Assembly (NCBI RefSeq): GCF_001194135.2 | Contig: NC_068982.1 | Span: forward strand, 67,832,907 to 67,896,538 | DNA from: Octopus bimaculoides | Lineage: Eukaryota | DNA: 63,632 nt | Reading direction: 5' to 3' | Shown: in pieces, positions 52,042 to 63,632 of the stretch | Layout of the letters: every line of letters starts with the position of its first letter | Position numbering within the stretch: position 1 is the first letter of the stretch | Program-made: the position numbers and the translations under genes | The notes under the pieces: model-generated | Databases searched by the model: none | The model's input: only the letters and a program-made list of their open reading frames with translations | Told to the model about the DNA's origin: nothing

Positions 52042-53254
52042 ACATATGCAAAATAGACATAAAGATACACGCTCACCTACTTCGCATCTATATAGTCTAA
52101 GTTGATTTTTAACAATATATAAACCATATTACCATATTACAATCCATTTTCAAACACTCATTTCAATGTATCTGCCAATCAATACTGCATACTGCAGTAA
52201 AACAGAAATTCATTAAACTTAATATCATTGAAAAGTTGTTAACACCCAACAATTCAGATACAAACAGAATTCAAAGACAGATAGGATTCGATGGGAGTTT
52301 AGTTTTTTATCAGTAAATGAAGAGGGAATGGTTTTGGCAGAACACCAAGTAATAAAAGCTATGGAGTATTCTGAATTCATTTTCACAGATATCAAAATTC
52401 TAATTAAAATGTGAGTATATGATAACAGTATAGAGATGCTTACTGAAGGACTCCTAATATATTTAGTAGGTTATTTCACAGAACATCCAAATCTACCTCT
52501 CGGAAATGTAACAGATTTTAAATTAATTTTCCCTGCTGTACTGGTCTCAATCAAGCCAGTAACGAGGACGACAAAAATGAGCAGGCCAACTTTAAACATA
52601 TTGATGACAGTACTTAAATGAATTTTCGGTGAAAATTGTCAAACTTTTGTCTTTTATATGGATTCATTTTCAAAATGTGTGAGAAAGTAGTCACATGTGG
52701 AGATTGGTATGATTTGGTTAAGTAATGAACAATACGAAATGTTGAAAAAGAAAGAAAAAGGTTGCAAAGATAATCTTAAAATCAATGCAGTCTGACATGT
52801 GCAAACCGATGTCCTGTTGAGGTTTATTTTCAGGCGCTAATTATAGTAATTATTCCACAAGGAATTTTCAAATGTGTGTGTGTGTCTGTGTATCTGAAAG
52901 GAAGTGTTTTTAACAGGAGATTAAGAAAAAGAATATTTTTAAGTAGGTGGCTGGAACAGATGCTTACTTTGTTTCAGCCAGCTCACCAGGGGTTCTGAAA
53001 GAAAAATGTTTTCAAAATGAAAAAATGTGTGTTTTTCTTGATGTCAATGAAAAATAGAAAGAAATAAAGGAAGGAAGAAAGAAAGAACAAAAAATTGTTT
53101 ATATCTATACAGTTGGTCAGCTCTTTCAAAAGAAGATGATTCTTGGTTTGTGAAAATGGCAACACCAGGTGGTTAATCTAAAGGGGGGAGGGGTCTGTTT
53201 TGATGAGGAATAATGAAAGTCATTTTTCAAAAAATTATTTAGATTGATTGTCAT

Positions 53255-53310
53255 CAGCATCATCATCATCATCATCATCATCATTATCATCATCATCATC
53301 ATCGTCATTG
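53255..53310. repeat. (ATC)n microsatellite
   Basis: Direct reading. Confidence 0.9.
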
Positions 53311-53479
53311 TCCAATGTTTGATTCCCATTCCGGTGTGGGTTGGAAAATCTGGATGCAACAATGTTTCTATTTATGTATATACATACACACACACACACA
53401 CACACATATGCATATATCTTAAGGTTCCAGGTGGGTTCATAAGGAAGTTGATGTGATTTTCATATATTCAGCCATTCAG

Positions 53480-55940
53480 TTTGGGGGAGAATTTTGCTAT
53501 GAAGTGTTGTTCCATATTTTTTTCTGAAGAAGGTGTCATTCCTTGGACATTTATAGAAGCGAATGATCTTGAATCTTCCTTATCCACATGTTTGTAAGTG
53601 TTTACTTAGTGGAACTTTTTGTAGCTCTCCCTGTCAGATATGTTGTCGGTGAATTCTGGCTCGTTGGCATAAAGGATTGCCAGTTTCACCTATATAGTTC
53701 TCCTTGCATGTGGGATTGGTTATGCAATATATTAAGATTTGTGTCTTGCAGATCCCACATCTACTATCTCCACATTCTTTCATAAAGAATTCGGTTTCAT
53801 TCTCTGATAAGAATTTTGCTCTTGTCAGTTGTTTTTTCAGGTTTTCTTGGCTTTTACTATTTCTTATGCAGTATTTGTTTAATAGGTTTCCCATTTTGGG
53901 GCTTTGTAGGACTATTAGTAAGTTTGATTGTATAATTTGAAACATGTTGGTAGTGTGTGTTTATGAATGGGATAATGTTTTCTTTGTTTTTCTATTTTGG
54001 AGTTCTGAGTTGTGTGATGTCCAGTTTCATTGCCCTTGAGATCCCGTTTTCTATTCAATTGAGTGGGTATTTCTGTTCTAGCAGGAAGTTTTGAAGTTCA
54101 ATTAGTCTTATTTCGCGTGTTTGTGAGTCGACCACTATGCTGCATATGTGTCTTGCCATACTATATGGAATGTTTCTTTTAATGTGGGGTGGGTGGCAGG
54201 AGTAGAAATTTAAATATTGCTGTGTGTCGGTTTTTTGTAGTAGATATGTGTTGTGACGATGGAGTTGTGTATCTTGATGCTGATGTCTAGGAAGCGAAGT
54301 TCTTTATAGCTGGTTTCTGTCGTAAACTTAATAGATGGGTGCAGTGTATTGGGGATGTTGTGGAATGTTCGTAGATCTGATCTGTTCCAAAAGATGAAAC
54401 AGTCATCGAGGTAGCGTTTCCACATTTTCTTGATGTCTTCTCCGAAGTCGTGTTCGAAGATTCTCCCTATTTCTTCGTATAGTTTGTTCTCAAGGAAACC
54501 CATTACCAGGTTGACATATGAAGGTGCGAATTTTGTACCCATAGCCGTGCCCTTTATCTGTCGGTATGTCTTGTTGTTAAATGTGAATGTGTTTTCTTCA
54601 AGTATTATTAATTGGGTGGCTTTGGTGATAAAGTCTGTTTTGAAGCGTTTATCTATGAACTCCCTGTAGTTTTCTATCCAGTGTTTTATCGCTTCCAGAC
54701 TCAGGGTGAGTGGTATGTTCGCGTATAAGTTTGTCACATCGAAACTTGCAAGTATGGTGTTTTCCGGAACCATATTTGGAATGTGTGTAAGAAAGTTTAT
54801 GTCATCCCTTATGTAGCTTGGTATCAGTGGGCATAAAGGTTTGGGGAGTACATCTATGAAGTGGCTTAGTTGTTGTGTTGGTGCTTGGGGTCCGGCAACT
54901 ATTGGTCACATTGTAAGGTCTGTGGACCTTTATATTCTTATATAATGGACCCTCTGTTCTTTTATAGCTCTCTGTATTTCAGAGCTTTTATGAACTTTAG
55001 GCAAGCGATAAAAATTGCTTTCTTTGGTCCTTGAGTTGCATAAATAGTCTTTCTCTTTGTCTGTAAAGGAGTCCTGCTGTTCTGATTTTTTTAATGCTAT
55101 TTTCTCCGGTTGTGTTGATTCCTCTTTATAGTATGTCTGGTTGTTAAGAATCTCTAGTATCTTTTCTTTGTAGTAATCTGTATCCATAATTACTATTGTT
55201 CCACCTTTGTCAGCTTCTTTTAAGACGATCGACTTGTCATTTTTTTAGTTTTTGTAAGGCTTGTTTTTCTCCTCTTTGGAGGTTCTCTTTACATTTGTGT
55301 GTGTTGAGAGGGAATTTGGAGATTGTCTCTATGTATGTGTCTAGGTGTCTGTCACTCCCCTTGTAAGAGGGGAATTGAGACTTTTTTCTTATGATTGAAT
55401 CATCTTCTGTTCCCTTATTTTCAAAGAATTCCATAAGGCGGAGGCGGCGGCTAATGTTATCTATATCAGTTTTTAGTTCTTTGAGATTTGGAGTGAGTGT
55501 GGATGTAAATTTGAGGCCTTTTAGTAGTAAGTTCATTTCATTTTCGTTTATTTCTCTTTTAGATAGGTTTATTATTTTGGGGTCTTTGTGTTTTGTGTAT
55601 TCATTCGGAATTTTTGGTATGTTGGGTCTGGAGTATGGTTGAAGTATCCTTTCCCTAAAAAAGGGATTGTGTTGTTGCGTCTCCAAATTCCATTTTCAGG
55701 TTTTAGGTTTTCTTGTAGAGGTAGGGGTGGTCTATATGGTCTGCATGTGTTGTTTTGTCTGTGACAGTTGTTTTCTTCCCATCTTCTGCATTTCTTGGGC
55801 CAATTTCCACTCCTGGGGTTCAGGTTTCCTTATAGGTGGGTGAATGGTTCATATTGTATGTTTGTATTGTTTTGATAGTGGTGGTTGTTTTCTATCCATC
55901 TCGTAAATTTGTGGGCTCACATAGGGTTGGTGTTTGTAGC
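53480..55940 (-). mobile_element. Penelope-like element (RT + GIY-YIG endonuclease), decayed
   Basis: Minus-strand order: KIINLS, ADKGGTIVIMD, FYRLPKVHK, FDVTNLY.NIP, GTAMGTKFAPSY, YLDDCFI, RCGIC and IYCIT..C...YIGETG..L..R...HRQHI. Confidence 0.92.
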
Positions 55941-58259
55941 TTACGATACAAATATTTTGGTACTATAAAATAAATAGTCTGTATATTCCTTCATTTGGAA
56001 ATGGGAAACAAGAATTTATTTCGTCCCTGTATTAAAAACATATAACAGAAGGCGGGAGCTCTCAAGGAACGAAGTTTTATGCAAAAAAAGACAATGGAAA
56101 CTTACATTATGTTACGAATTGGTCTAGTCGCTTTCCGAAACTGGTGAAAGAAATATGGTATTCAACAAAATGTTCTTTCCTGAGATACAATCAAGATATG
56201 TGGGACTTAATCTGGGTGGAAGCTTTGTAAGCTCACGATGTATGGCATGTACCAATCAGGTGCTAAGGCGATTGCAGGATATTTAGAAGTATCATAATTT
56301 CCTTTAAAAATAAAGTATTCTAACCAAGTTCAATACTTATATTTTAAGCTTATTAAAAGTCTTTGCCAGGAGTAGAATATGAATAGAGGGAACATTGTGT
56401 TGTCAGACACATCAAGGACCAATATAAATTTTCACCTTACAAAAATATATCTGTATGGTGACACATTCTAAATGGAATAGTATAAGCAAAAACATTTAAC
56501 TTCTGTTCCATTAAAATAATTTTTTTAATGTTCATCCTTTCAGCAAATCATTGAGAGAGGACCTTTGTAGAAGATTAACCAGTGAAAGGAGTCGCTGAAC
56601 TACAAATGTTTGTGAAACGCTTATGCAGAATGTGTGTATGACCAGCAACTTCACCGTCACTACTGTTATATGACTGTAGTTGTTGCCTCATAAAATATAG
56701 TAAGATCAAATGTAAAAGGCATTCTTAGATCTGGAGCAATGTAGAACATGGAGATGTAGTCAGGCTATAATATAGATGTTAGAATTTGAGTTGTGAAGAT
56801 GAGAAAAGGTTCCTGTAATATTGTATTTCTTTGATATGTGTAGTGACCCTGTCTTCGTTCTGTGTATGTCTGAAGTGGTCTTAGAATTACTTTTGTTTAT
56901 GTTTCAATAATCTTTATGTTAAAGTTGATTATAATTTTCGGGAATAAACCTCACTGCTCAAGAATCTTTCAACGTAGTCTCACTTCTCTTAATTATATTG
57001 TTTCTATATAAAATCACACAAACTTAAAGAAGATATCGATCTATTAATGGTTATCCTCATTATTCATGATAAGCCCTTATATTCCTATTTTAAGATCTGT
57101 TCATCAAATTATGCGTTGACAAGTAATTTATATTCTTTTTACTAAACTGGATGCTTTCTTTTCGATATCTGTTCCTTAAAGTATATCAGACAGTTGGACT
57201 AGAGTTCACGAGCGCTCGATTACGCCAGGGGTGATGAAAAGCAGACACAGAATAAATAAGGCAGTACTTATCCCCGAAGAGTGTTGTTTTCTTAATGTCC
57301 TTGCATGAACGGATAGAGAGTATGCTCAATCTATTTATTCGGTACTATCAAAACATCATTTCCGATGAAGGGTACTGTCCAAATAAAGTTACGCATTTCA
57401 TTTTCCTCACGGCAAAATCAATGTATTACATTTTTAACAACTAGCTTCAGAATAAACTTTTTCACGATGAAAAGCTATGTCGCATTTAATTACCTAAGTT
57501 AGCTTCTTGGCTTTATAAATACTTTTAATAATTTTGCATTTTTATAATATATAAAGTGTCCTAATTTACATTAAAATTTACTCAGTCGACCTATCCCCAA
57601 TCATTTAAATGAACTTGGTCCATATACCCACATGCATTTAAATATATCTCACTTCCTGTTTGTTTCTCACGTCCTAAAACCTCTAAGTAGACTTCTTGGT
57701 TCTAATATTTTTTTAAACCCAGTATAAACTGTGATTTTAAAAAGTTCTCTGACAAATTATTAAACTTAAATATTGTTTTGTGCTCACAGAATATAAAACG
57801 AGATTCAATGACGTTTATACTTATATCCTGAACATAAGTAGTGATAAGGAAAAATGTTCATATAATAACCTGAACAGGAGTTTGGTATTTGGTTCATCAA
57901 TGTTGCAAATATATTGCAACTATAATGAATCCCTGCAATTGCTACACTTCTCTGCTCCATAAAACTACAATGTTGATCTTATAAATAAATACAAAAAAAT
58001 TTGATATGCTTTCATATTTTATTTAAACATGTTGGATTCAGGTTTCAGTCCGTTGGGATTAAAATCGCCTGAAAAAGAAGAAAACGAAAAGCAATAAGAT
58101 TTTGTATGATTTTCTCTCCCACACAACCGCCCCAACTTTCTTTAGATCCTATATGTGTGTATGTTTGCGTGTGTATGCGTGTATTTGTGTGTTCTTGTGT
58201 GTGTATATTTGTGCGTGTATATTTCTGTGTGTATGTGTGTGTATTTGTGTGAGTGAGTA

Positions 58260-58304
<45 letters not shown>

Positions 58305-59446
58305 TTGTGTGAACGTGTTCACAATAGTAGTGTACAGCACAGCCCGGGGCCGAACTCTTTATATAATAAACCTAAGTAATAAAAGAAGGAGGAGGAGAGA
58401 TAGTGGTTAATATTTAAAATGATATGAGGGACAGAAAGGACGCCGAAACATTAGATCACCAATATATAACAGGGGCGACAAGCAAAAATTCGAAACTACA
58501 AGTTAATTTCTTTCTCGTCAATAACGGAAAAACTGGTGACAGAATGAAAAGCAAAACCTAATGAAGTGACGTGACTGAAAAGGGTGAGAGAGATTTAATA
58601 TTTTAGTTTCAGTAAATATATAGTTGTACAGTCAGGTAAAAAAATGTTAAAGTAAAAAGAATTTCTGGTGTCTTTGTATTTTAAATTCATAATCTTTAAT
58701 GCTGCTTTCGACAACATGTAAAGAAAAGTGTTATGGAAGATGATGTAGGTAATAACCGTAGATCCCAATCAAGTGCAAATAAAAGAAGCGATATCCGATA
58801 ATAATGTTTGTACTCTTCACATGACAGACATCATTACCGATGTAATAAGAAGGAATTGTTCAGCGTTCATCGGCAGCCTCATAAGGATTAACAAATATAT
58901 TTATGATTCTAATACAGCATTTCACAGAAAAGCTAAGATAAATTCAAAATAGCAAAAATACTGCTATTAAGTCTGCTTTTCGAAGAAAGTGTATGTGATT
59001 CTAATTTCTTGGAAGAATATTTACTTACAAACACGCATATGTGAAAAATCAGTCAATCAATGCGTCAAAACCTGAATTTTAAAAACCAGGACTAGATGGA
59101 TGCAAGTGGTGCGATCGTTGAGTATGAATGTGGCCAACTTGAACGTACTACCGTAAGTCTCCTGTGTGAGAGCAGTGCTAGGTCGTGGCTTGTGGGGTCT
59201 CCATACCCAACATTTCATCTTGTTGTCTCATCATTGTGCTATGTCTAATTTTTATTTTGTTATTTCTTTTCATATTATTCTTCCATCCACCCATTCAACC
59301 CTTTTGTAGAGCGCTAATTGTTCTTATCTGCTCTGTATTGTCCCTCTAGTGGCGAATAAAGAGTTAAATTTTCATATCTTGGCATCTGATACAGCTGGAG
59401 ATACGATAGTTTGACCAAAAAAATCGGCTCTTACAAGCAAAAGTAA

Positions 59447-59885
59447 ATATTCTTTTCTACTCTAGCCACAAGGCCCGAAATTTTGGAGGAGGGGGCCAGT
59501 CGATTAGATCGACCCCAGTACGCAACTGGTACTTAATTTATCGACCCCAAAAGGATGAAAGGCAAAGTCGACCGCAGTCGAATTTAAACTCAGAACATAA
59601 AGATAGACGAAATACCGCTAAGCATTTCGCAAGGCGTGCTAACATTTCTTATTTCTTTACTGCCCACAAGGGGCTACACACAGAGGGAACAAACAAGGAC
59701 AGACAAACGGATTAAGTTGATTACATATCGACCCAAGTGCGTAACTGGTACTTATTTAATCGACCCCGAAAGGATGAAAGGCAAAGTCGACCTCGGCGGA
59801 ATTTGAACTCAGAACGTAGCGGCAGACGAAATACCGCTAAGCATTTCTCCCGGTGTGCTAACGTTTCTGCCAGCTCATCTCCTGA
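59447..59885 (-). mobile_element. Two tandem/nested SINE copies
   Basis: Reverse-complement SINE bodies at 59447-59650 and 59651-59885, both with GGATGAAAGGCAAAGTCGAC...GAACTCAGAAC...GACGAAATACCGCTAAGCATTTC. Confidence 0.8.
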
Positions 59886-60063
59886 GCAAAATTAAATATT
59901 GAATAAAAAAAAATGCATTTGGCCAAATTTGGACATACGACAGTTTAACAATAGCAACGATATAAAATAAAACGTGTTTATATGTACTCTGAGAAGAGGA
60001 ATGTAAAAAAATGCACAGTTATTAAATGTAAGAAGTACAGTACCTGAAATATTTTGCTAACAT

Positions 60064-60092
60064 TCATTTCTTAAGAATATATGGACGACGTC
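60064..60092 (-). CDS. OctTK: Last coding exon of the OctTK precursor: (G)RRPYILKK*, neurotensin-like peptide
   Basis: Acceptor TTCTTTTCTTACAG (AG 60094-93), then GA CGT CGT CCA TAT ATT CTT AAG AAA TGA; phase 1 matches the donor at 60704. Confidence 0.9.
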
Positions 60093-60704
60093 CTGTAAGA
60101 AAAGAAATGCTTATGCTATAGCATATTACATTAAAGAGTAACATTTGAAAATGACTTTAATTTATTAAGATAAATAATGACAGTGGCCTTGAGTAGATCT
60201 TTTCCCAGTCCCTATGACGTATTTAAAACTTTACAAATCATAGCCTCCTAAACATGAAGCTAATTACAGTCAAAATAATATATATGTATATATATGAAGA
60301 TGAAGGAGATTTAACATTAAATCTATTAATCAAACTACACATTTCAGGGAGGGGTTCAGTAGTTTATATCGACGCCTCTGTTTGACTGATACTTATTTTA
60401 TCGAGCCCAAAAGTAAGAAATACAAAATTAGCATTGGTGGAATTTGAACCCAGAAAGTAAAAACGGACGAAATACCACTAAGTATCTTGCCTGGCGTGCT
60501 AACAGTTCTACCGGAATGACGTTCTAATCGACTACATATTAATAATCAGTTTATATTTTGCTGATATTCATGTTGATAATCATTTAATATATTTTAAGAA
60601 ACAATATTACTTTGCTTATAACATTATTACTCAAACGATATTAGATATATATCAAAGAAATTAATTGTAAACACTAAAACCAATAATAGTAATTAAAGTT
60701 TTAC

Positions 60705-60888
60705 CATTTTTCTTTGGAGCTCTCTTACTTGTTTCAGACATAGAACCAGGATGTTGAATTAATCGTCGTGTCAAATCTTCTGAACGTCCCATTAAGCCTA
60801 CGAACTCTGAGGCTGAATGAGGTTTAACTTCAGATCTTTTAATCAAATTATCTGTTGTAAGTATGTCATCAGCAGAGCTGGCTTCAAG
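60705..60888 (-). pseudogene. OctTK: OctTK tachykinin precursor main exon (KPHSASEFVGLM-G-R), 5'-deleted
   Basis: LEASSADDILTTDNLIKR-SEVKPHSASEFVGLMGR-SEDLTRRLIQHPGSMSETSKR-APKKN-G|GTAAAA; very close to the O. vulgaris OctTK precursor as I recall it. There is no ATG or signal h-region, an in-frame TGA lies at 60900-60898, and upstream is a 21-bp triplication. Confidence 0.85.
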
Positions 60889-60889
60889 C

Positions 60890-60943
60890 AAGCAATTTCA
60901 AACGCTGTGTAAGCAATTTCAAACGCTATGTAAGCAATTTCAA
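60890..60943. repeat. 21-bp tandem repeat (2.6 units) at a deletion junction
   Basis: AAGCAATTTCAAACGCT(G/A)TGT x2 plus AAGCAATTTCAA. Confidence 0.9.
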
Positions 60944-61605
60944 CGATACACACGACCACTTCACAATTAAAATCACTTATCCTTAATTATTTCTCAAAAC
61001 TATTGACTTATTGATTATATTCTTGAATAATAACATCTTAATATGGACACGGAGAATTTGGAAACATTTCAAAACATTCAGCACTGTTAATAGCTATAAT
61101 TCGTTATTTCATGTTTCTAAGTTCGATCCCAGTTCTCTTTCACGGTGATCTCTCGTTGACCTATAGTTTGTGAGTGCAATCTGGAAACAATCATAAATAT
61201 TCTTTTTCTACATTTTTTTTTTATTCCACAATAAAAATGCAAGAAATTGTTCATAATCTTAGGTTTCAAGCAATGTTATAAATTACAGAAATGAGCAGAG
61301 GAGCCGAAAGGAACAATGCAGAGGCTGTTAAGAAAATACCAAGATAGCTTTGACTGTAAAGAAATGATTGATGGGATAAGTAAAACGTCGATTGCACACC
61401 AGCTTAGGCTTGATTACATGGTAGAAAATGCTAAAATAACTTTATCATGAAGGACATTTTAGTACCGGTTTCAGTCTTTGCGACTTCTTCAACTTAGAGT
61501 AAAGCATGAAAATCAATTAAATCGTGGAAAAATTAAGTGAAATGTTTTTAAAAAATATTTCCATAGTTTTCAAACGCAAGGGACATTTTCCTTTTTCTGT
61601 CTGTC

Positions 61606-61648
<43 letters not shown>

Positions 61649-61769
61649 NNNNNNNNNNNNNNNNNNNNNNNNNNNNNNNNNNNNNNNNNNNNNNNNNNNN
61701 NNNNNNNNNNNNNNNNNNNNNNNNNNNNNNNNNNNNNNNNNNNNNNNNNNNNNNNNNNNNNNNNNNNNA

Positions 61770-61853
61770 AGAAGAAGAAGAAGAAGAAGAAGAAGAAGAA
61801 GAAGAAGAAGAAGAAGAAGAAGAAGAAGAAGAAGAAGAAGAAGAAGAAGAAGA
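61770..61853. repeat. (AAG)n microsatellite flanking a gap
   Basis: Direct reading. Confidence 0.95.
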
Positions 61854-61989
61854 ATACGAGAGTGGTATGACAGTAGTAGGATGTTGGTGGAATCCACTTA
61901 AATGGTCAAGTGACTGAAAGTGACCTGCTGTGGTTGTAATAGTAGTGACCGTTCTGGAAGTGACCGTTCTGAATATATCATTTCTAATA

Positions 61990-63542
61990 TTTGCGAGGGT
62001 ATTATTCTAAGGCCCTTGTTGTAATGTCATTTATGGTGGACGCATTCGTGATAAAATATGACTCTTTGCTAATGCGCTGACTACAGGTTGCATCGTCCCT
62101 GAATTTATAGAAGGGAAAAATTTTCATTGTAAAACTTGACCCTCTTTGAAAGAGAACTCCGATCCCTCAATTAGGTTGACGCATATACCACAGTTAGATC
62201 TTCCGCATTTTTTACTGGCGGCTTCAGTGTTGTTGAGTGTACTTGGGCTTGTGTTAGGAGACTTTTCATAGATTTGGGTTGTCTTTTGCTCTTTATGATG
62301 GTGTGCGTTTGGAGGATTAAATTCATTCTGTGGTCCCTTTTTAGTAGGGGAATGTTCTGGAGGATTGTGTCGAAGGCTTCGTTGTTAAAGAGGTTGTGTG
62401 TAGAGATACATGGTAGGGCTTTTGGTTGTAAATCCTTCTTTAGTTTTGGATATCTGAGTTGGTGGATGTTGAGTTGTAGGATACGTTCAAATCTTATATC
62501 AATTAGTGATGGTGGGTAGTTCCTGGTAATGAGTGTATCCTTTAGTTCATCTAATCGTGTGTTCCTGGTGCTTGTATTAGAAACTATAGTACAAATCCTT
62601 TTTGCTATGTTGAAAGGGATATTCATTTTAGTGTATCTGGGAAGGCAGATATTGCTTGGAGATATTGCTTGGAGTCCGTGGGCTTATAGTATATATCTGT
62701 TTCTATTTTATTGTTGGATTTCTTAATGAGGATGTTGAAGAATGGAAGTTGTTGATGGCTATATTCCATCGTAAATTGAATGTTTATATCAAGTCCATTT
62801 GTAAGTGCTTGAAATTCTTTTAGTCTCTCTATACTTTCATGCCAAAGAATGAAACAGTCATCCAGATGCCTCTTTCAGTTATTTTCTATGTAGAGAGAGA
62901 ATGAGTTGTCGTAGTTTTCTAGCACCTTACGATAAAGGCTGATTTCTCGATATCCCATGATTAGGTTAGTAAAGGAGGGGACCATTCTTGTACCCATCGC
63001 AGTCCCCGATTTTCGTGATAGAAGTTGTCTTTCAAGAAAAAGTAGTTATTCTCCAAGATGAATTTTAGCCCTTCTATTACAAATTCTTTTTTGATGCGAT
63101 GTGAGAGTTCATTGGTGTAATTTTGTAGCTAGAACTGAATTGCCTTTATTCTGAGGCTGTGGAGAAAATTAGAATAGAGCTTAACTACAACGTAGGATAC
63201 TAGTAGGGTGTTTTGTTTATTGTTTTAGGGAGGCGATTGAGCATATCTAGGTCGTCTCTTATGTAGCTTTTGATATGCTTGAGGAATGGTTTTAAGAGGG
63301 TATCTAAAAAGTTACTTAGGCGGCGGTTTTCGCATGCGGGGCCTGCTATTACAGGTCTTAACTTGAGGTCATTATGAGTAGGGACTATTATGTCTGTGGC
63401 TATCCTGCATGCGTTACTTATTTTCTCGCTTTTGTGTATTTTAGGAATACTGTAGAATTGACTGAATTTACTTTTGAAGTTAGTCATATGATCGCATTCC
63501 TTGTCGGTGAGCCCTTCTCTGCACAAGCTTAACATCGTTTTT
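61990..63542 (-). mobile_element. 5'-truncated Penelope-like element (RT + start of GIY-YIG region)
   Basis: FYSIPKIHKS, LKLRPVIAGP, GTRMVPSFTNLIMG, HLDDCFI, NIPFNIAKRIC and CGRSNCGIC motifs on the minus strand; many stops. Confidence 0.88.
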
Positions 63543-63545
63543 AGG

Positions 63546-63632
63546 TTTAAAGTGGGTTTGATCCTCTGTAATGTCTTCATTGCTGGAGTGTTTGAAGCCA
63601 GTGCTGCTGATGACATCCTTACAGCACATAAT
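63546..63632 (+). CDS. OctTK: OctTK precursor signal/pro-region (partial, runs off the window; initiator position reads AGG)
   Basis: Plus frame from 63546: FKVGLILCNVFIAGVFEASAADDILTAHN, closely matching the OctTK N-terminus (MIRVGLILCCIFIAGVFEASSADD.. as recalled) and the 60.8 kb copy (EASSADDILTTDN). Not in the ORF track. Confidence 0.85.

Noticed and set aside
56555-56745. Minus-strand stretch CLLHLILLYFMRQQ...HKRFTNICSSATPFTG* resembling a secreted peptide
   Set aside because: No in-frame ATG (stop just upstream) and no similarity to the family; 49 codons is within chance.
1-63632. CRISPR arrays, rRNA genes or prokaryotic operons
   Set aside because: None seen; the sequence is eukaryotic and its repeats lack a repeat-spacer structure.

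Overview
AT-rich, gap- and microsatellite-laden animal DNA, almost certainly Octopus. This is inferred from octopus-type tRNA-derived SINEs, a C2H2 zinc-finger exon and octopus salivary tachykinin genes. Most of the window is decayed mobile DNA: a Helitron, mariners, Penelope-like elements, CR1/L2 and RTE LINE fragments, SINEs and MITEs. The main result is a dispersed cluster of five paralogous small secreted-peptide genes of the octopus posterior-salivary-gland (venom) tachykinin (OctTK) family, at ~21.2 kb (-), ~28.9 kb (+), ~49.8 kb (-), ~60.1-60.9 kb (-) and ~63.55 kb (+, cut by the window edge). Paralogy is visible in coding, promoter/5'UTR and intron sequence. The 60 kb copy has a 29-nt second exon missed by the ORF track, adding ...NGRRPYILKK*, so one precursor carries a tachykinin (FVGLM-amide) and an exact neurotensin(8-13) core. 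All four tachykinin-type copies have a 5' lesion: a SINE inside codons 2/3, two promoter/signal deletions, or a lost ATG at a retroelement junction. The only intact member (21.1-21.4 kb) has lost the tachykinin motif and instead encodes a cationic, possibly amidated peptide with a CYGIRNC disulfide loop, a candidate novel venom peptide. All alignments were done by eye; no database searches were run.
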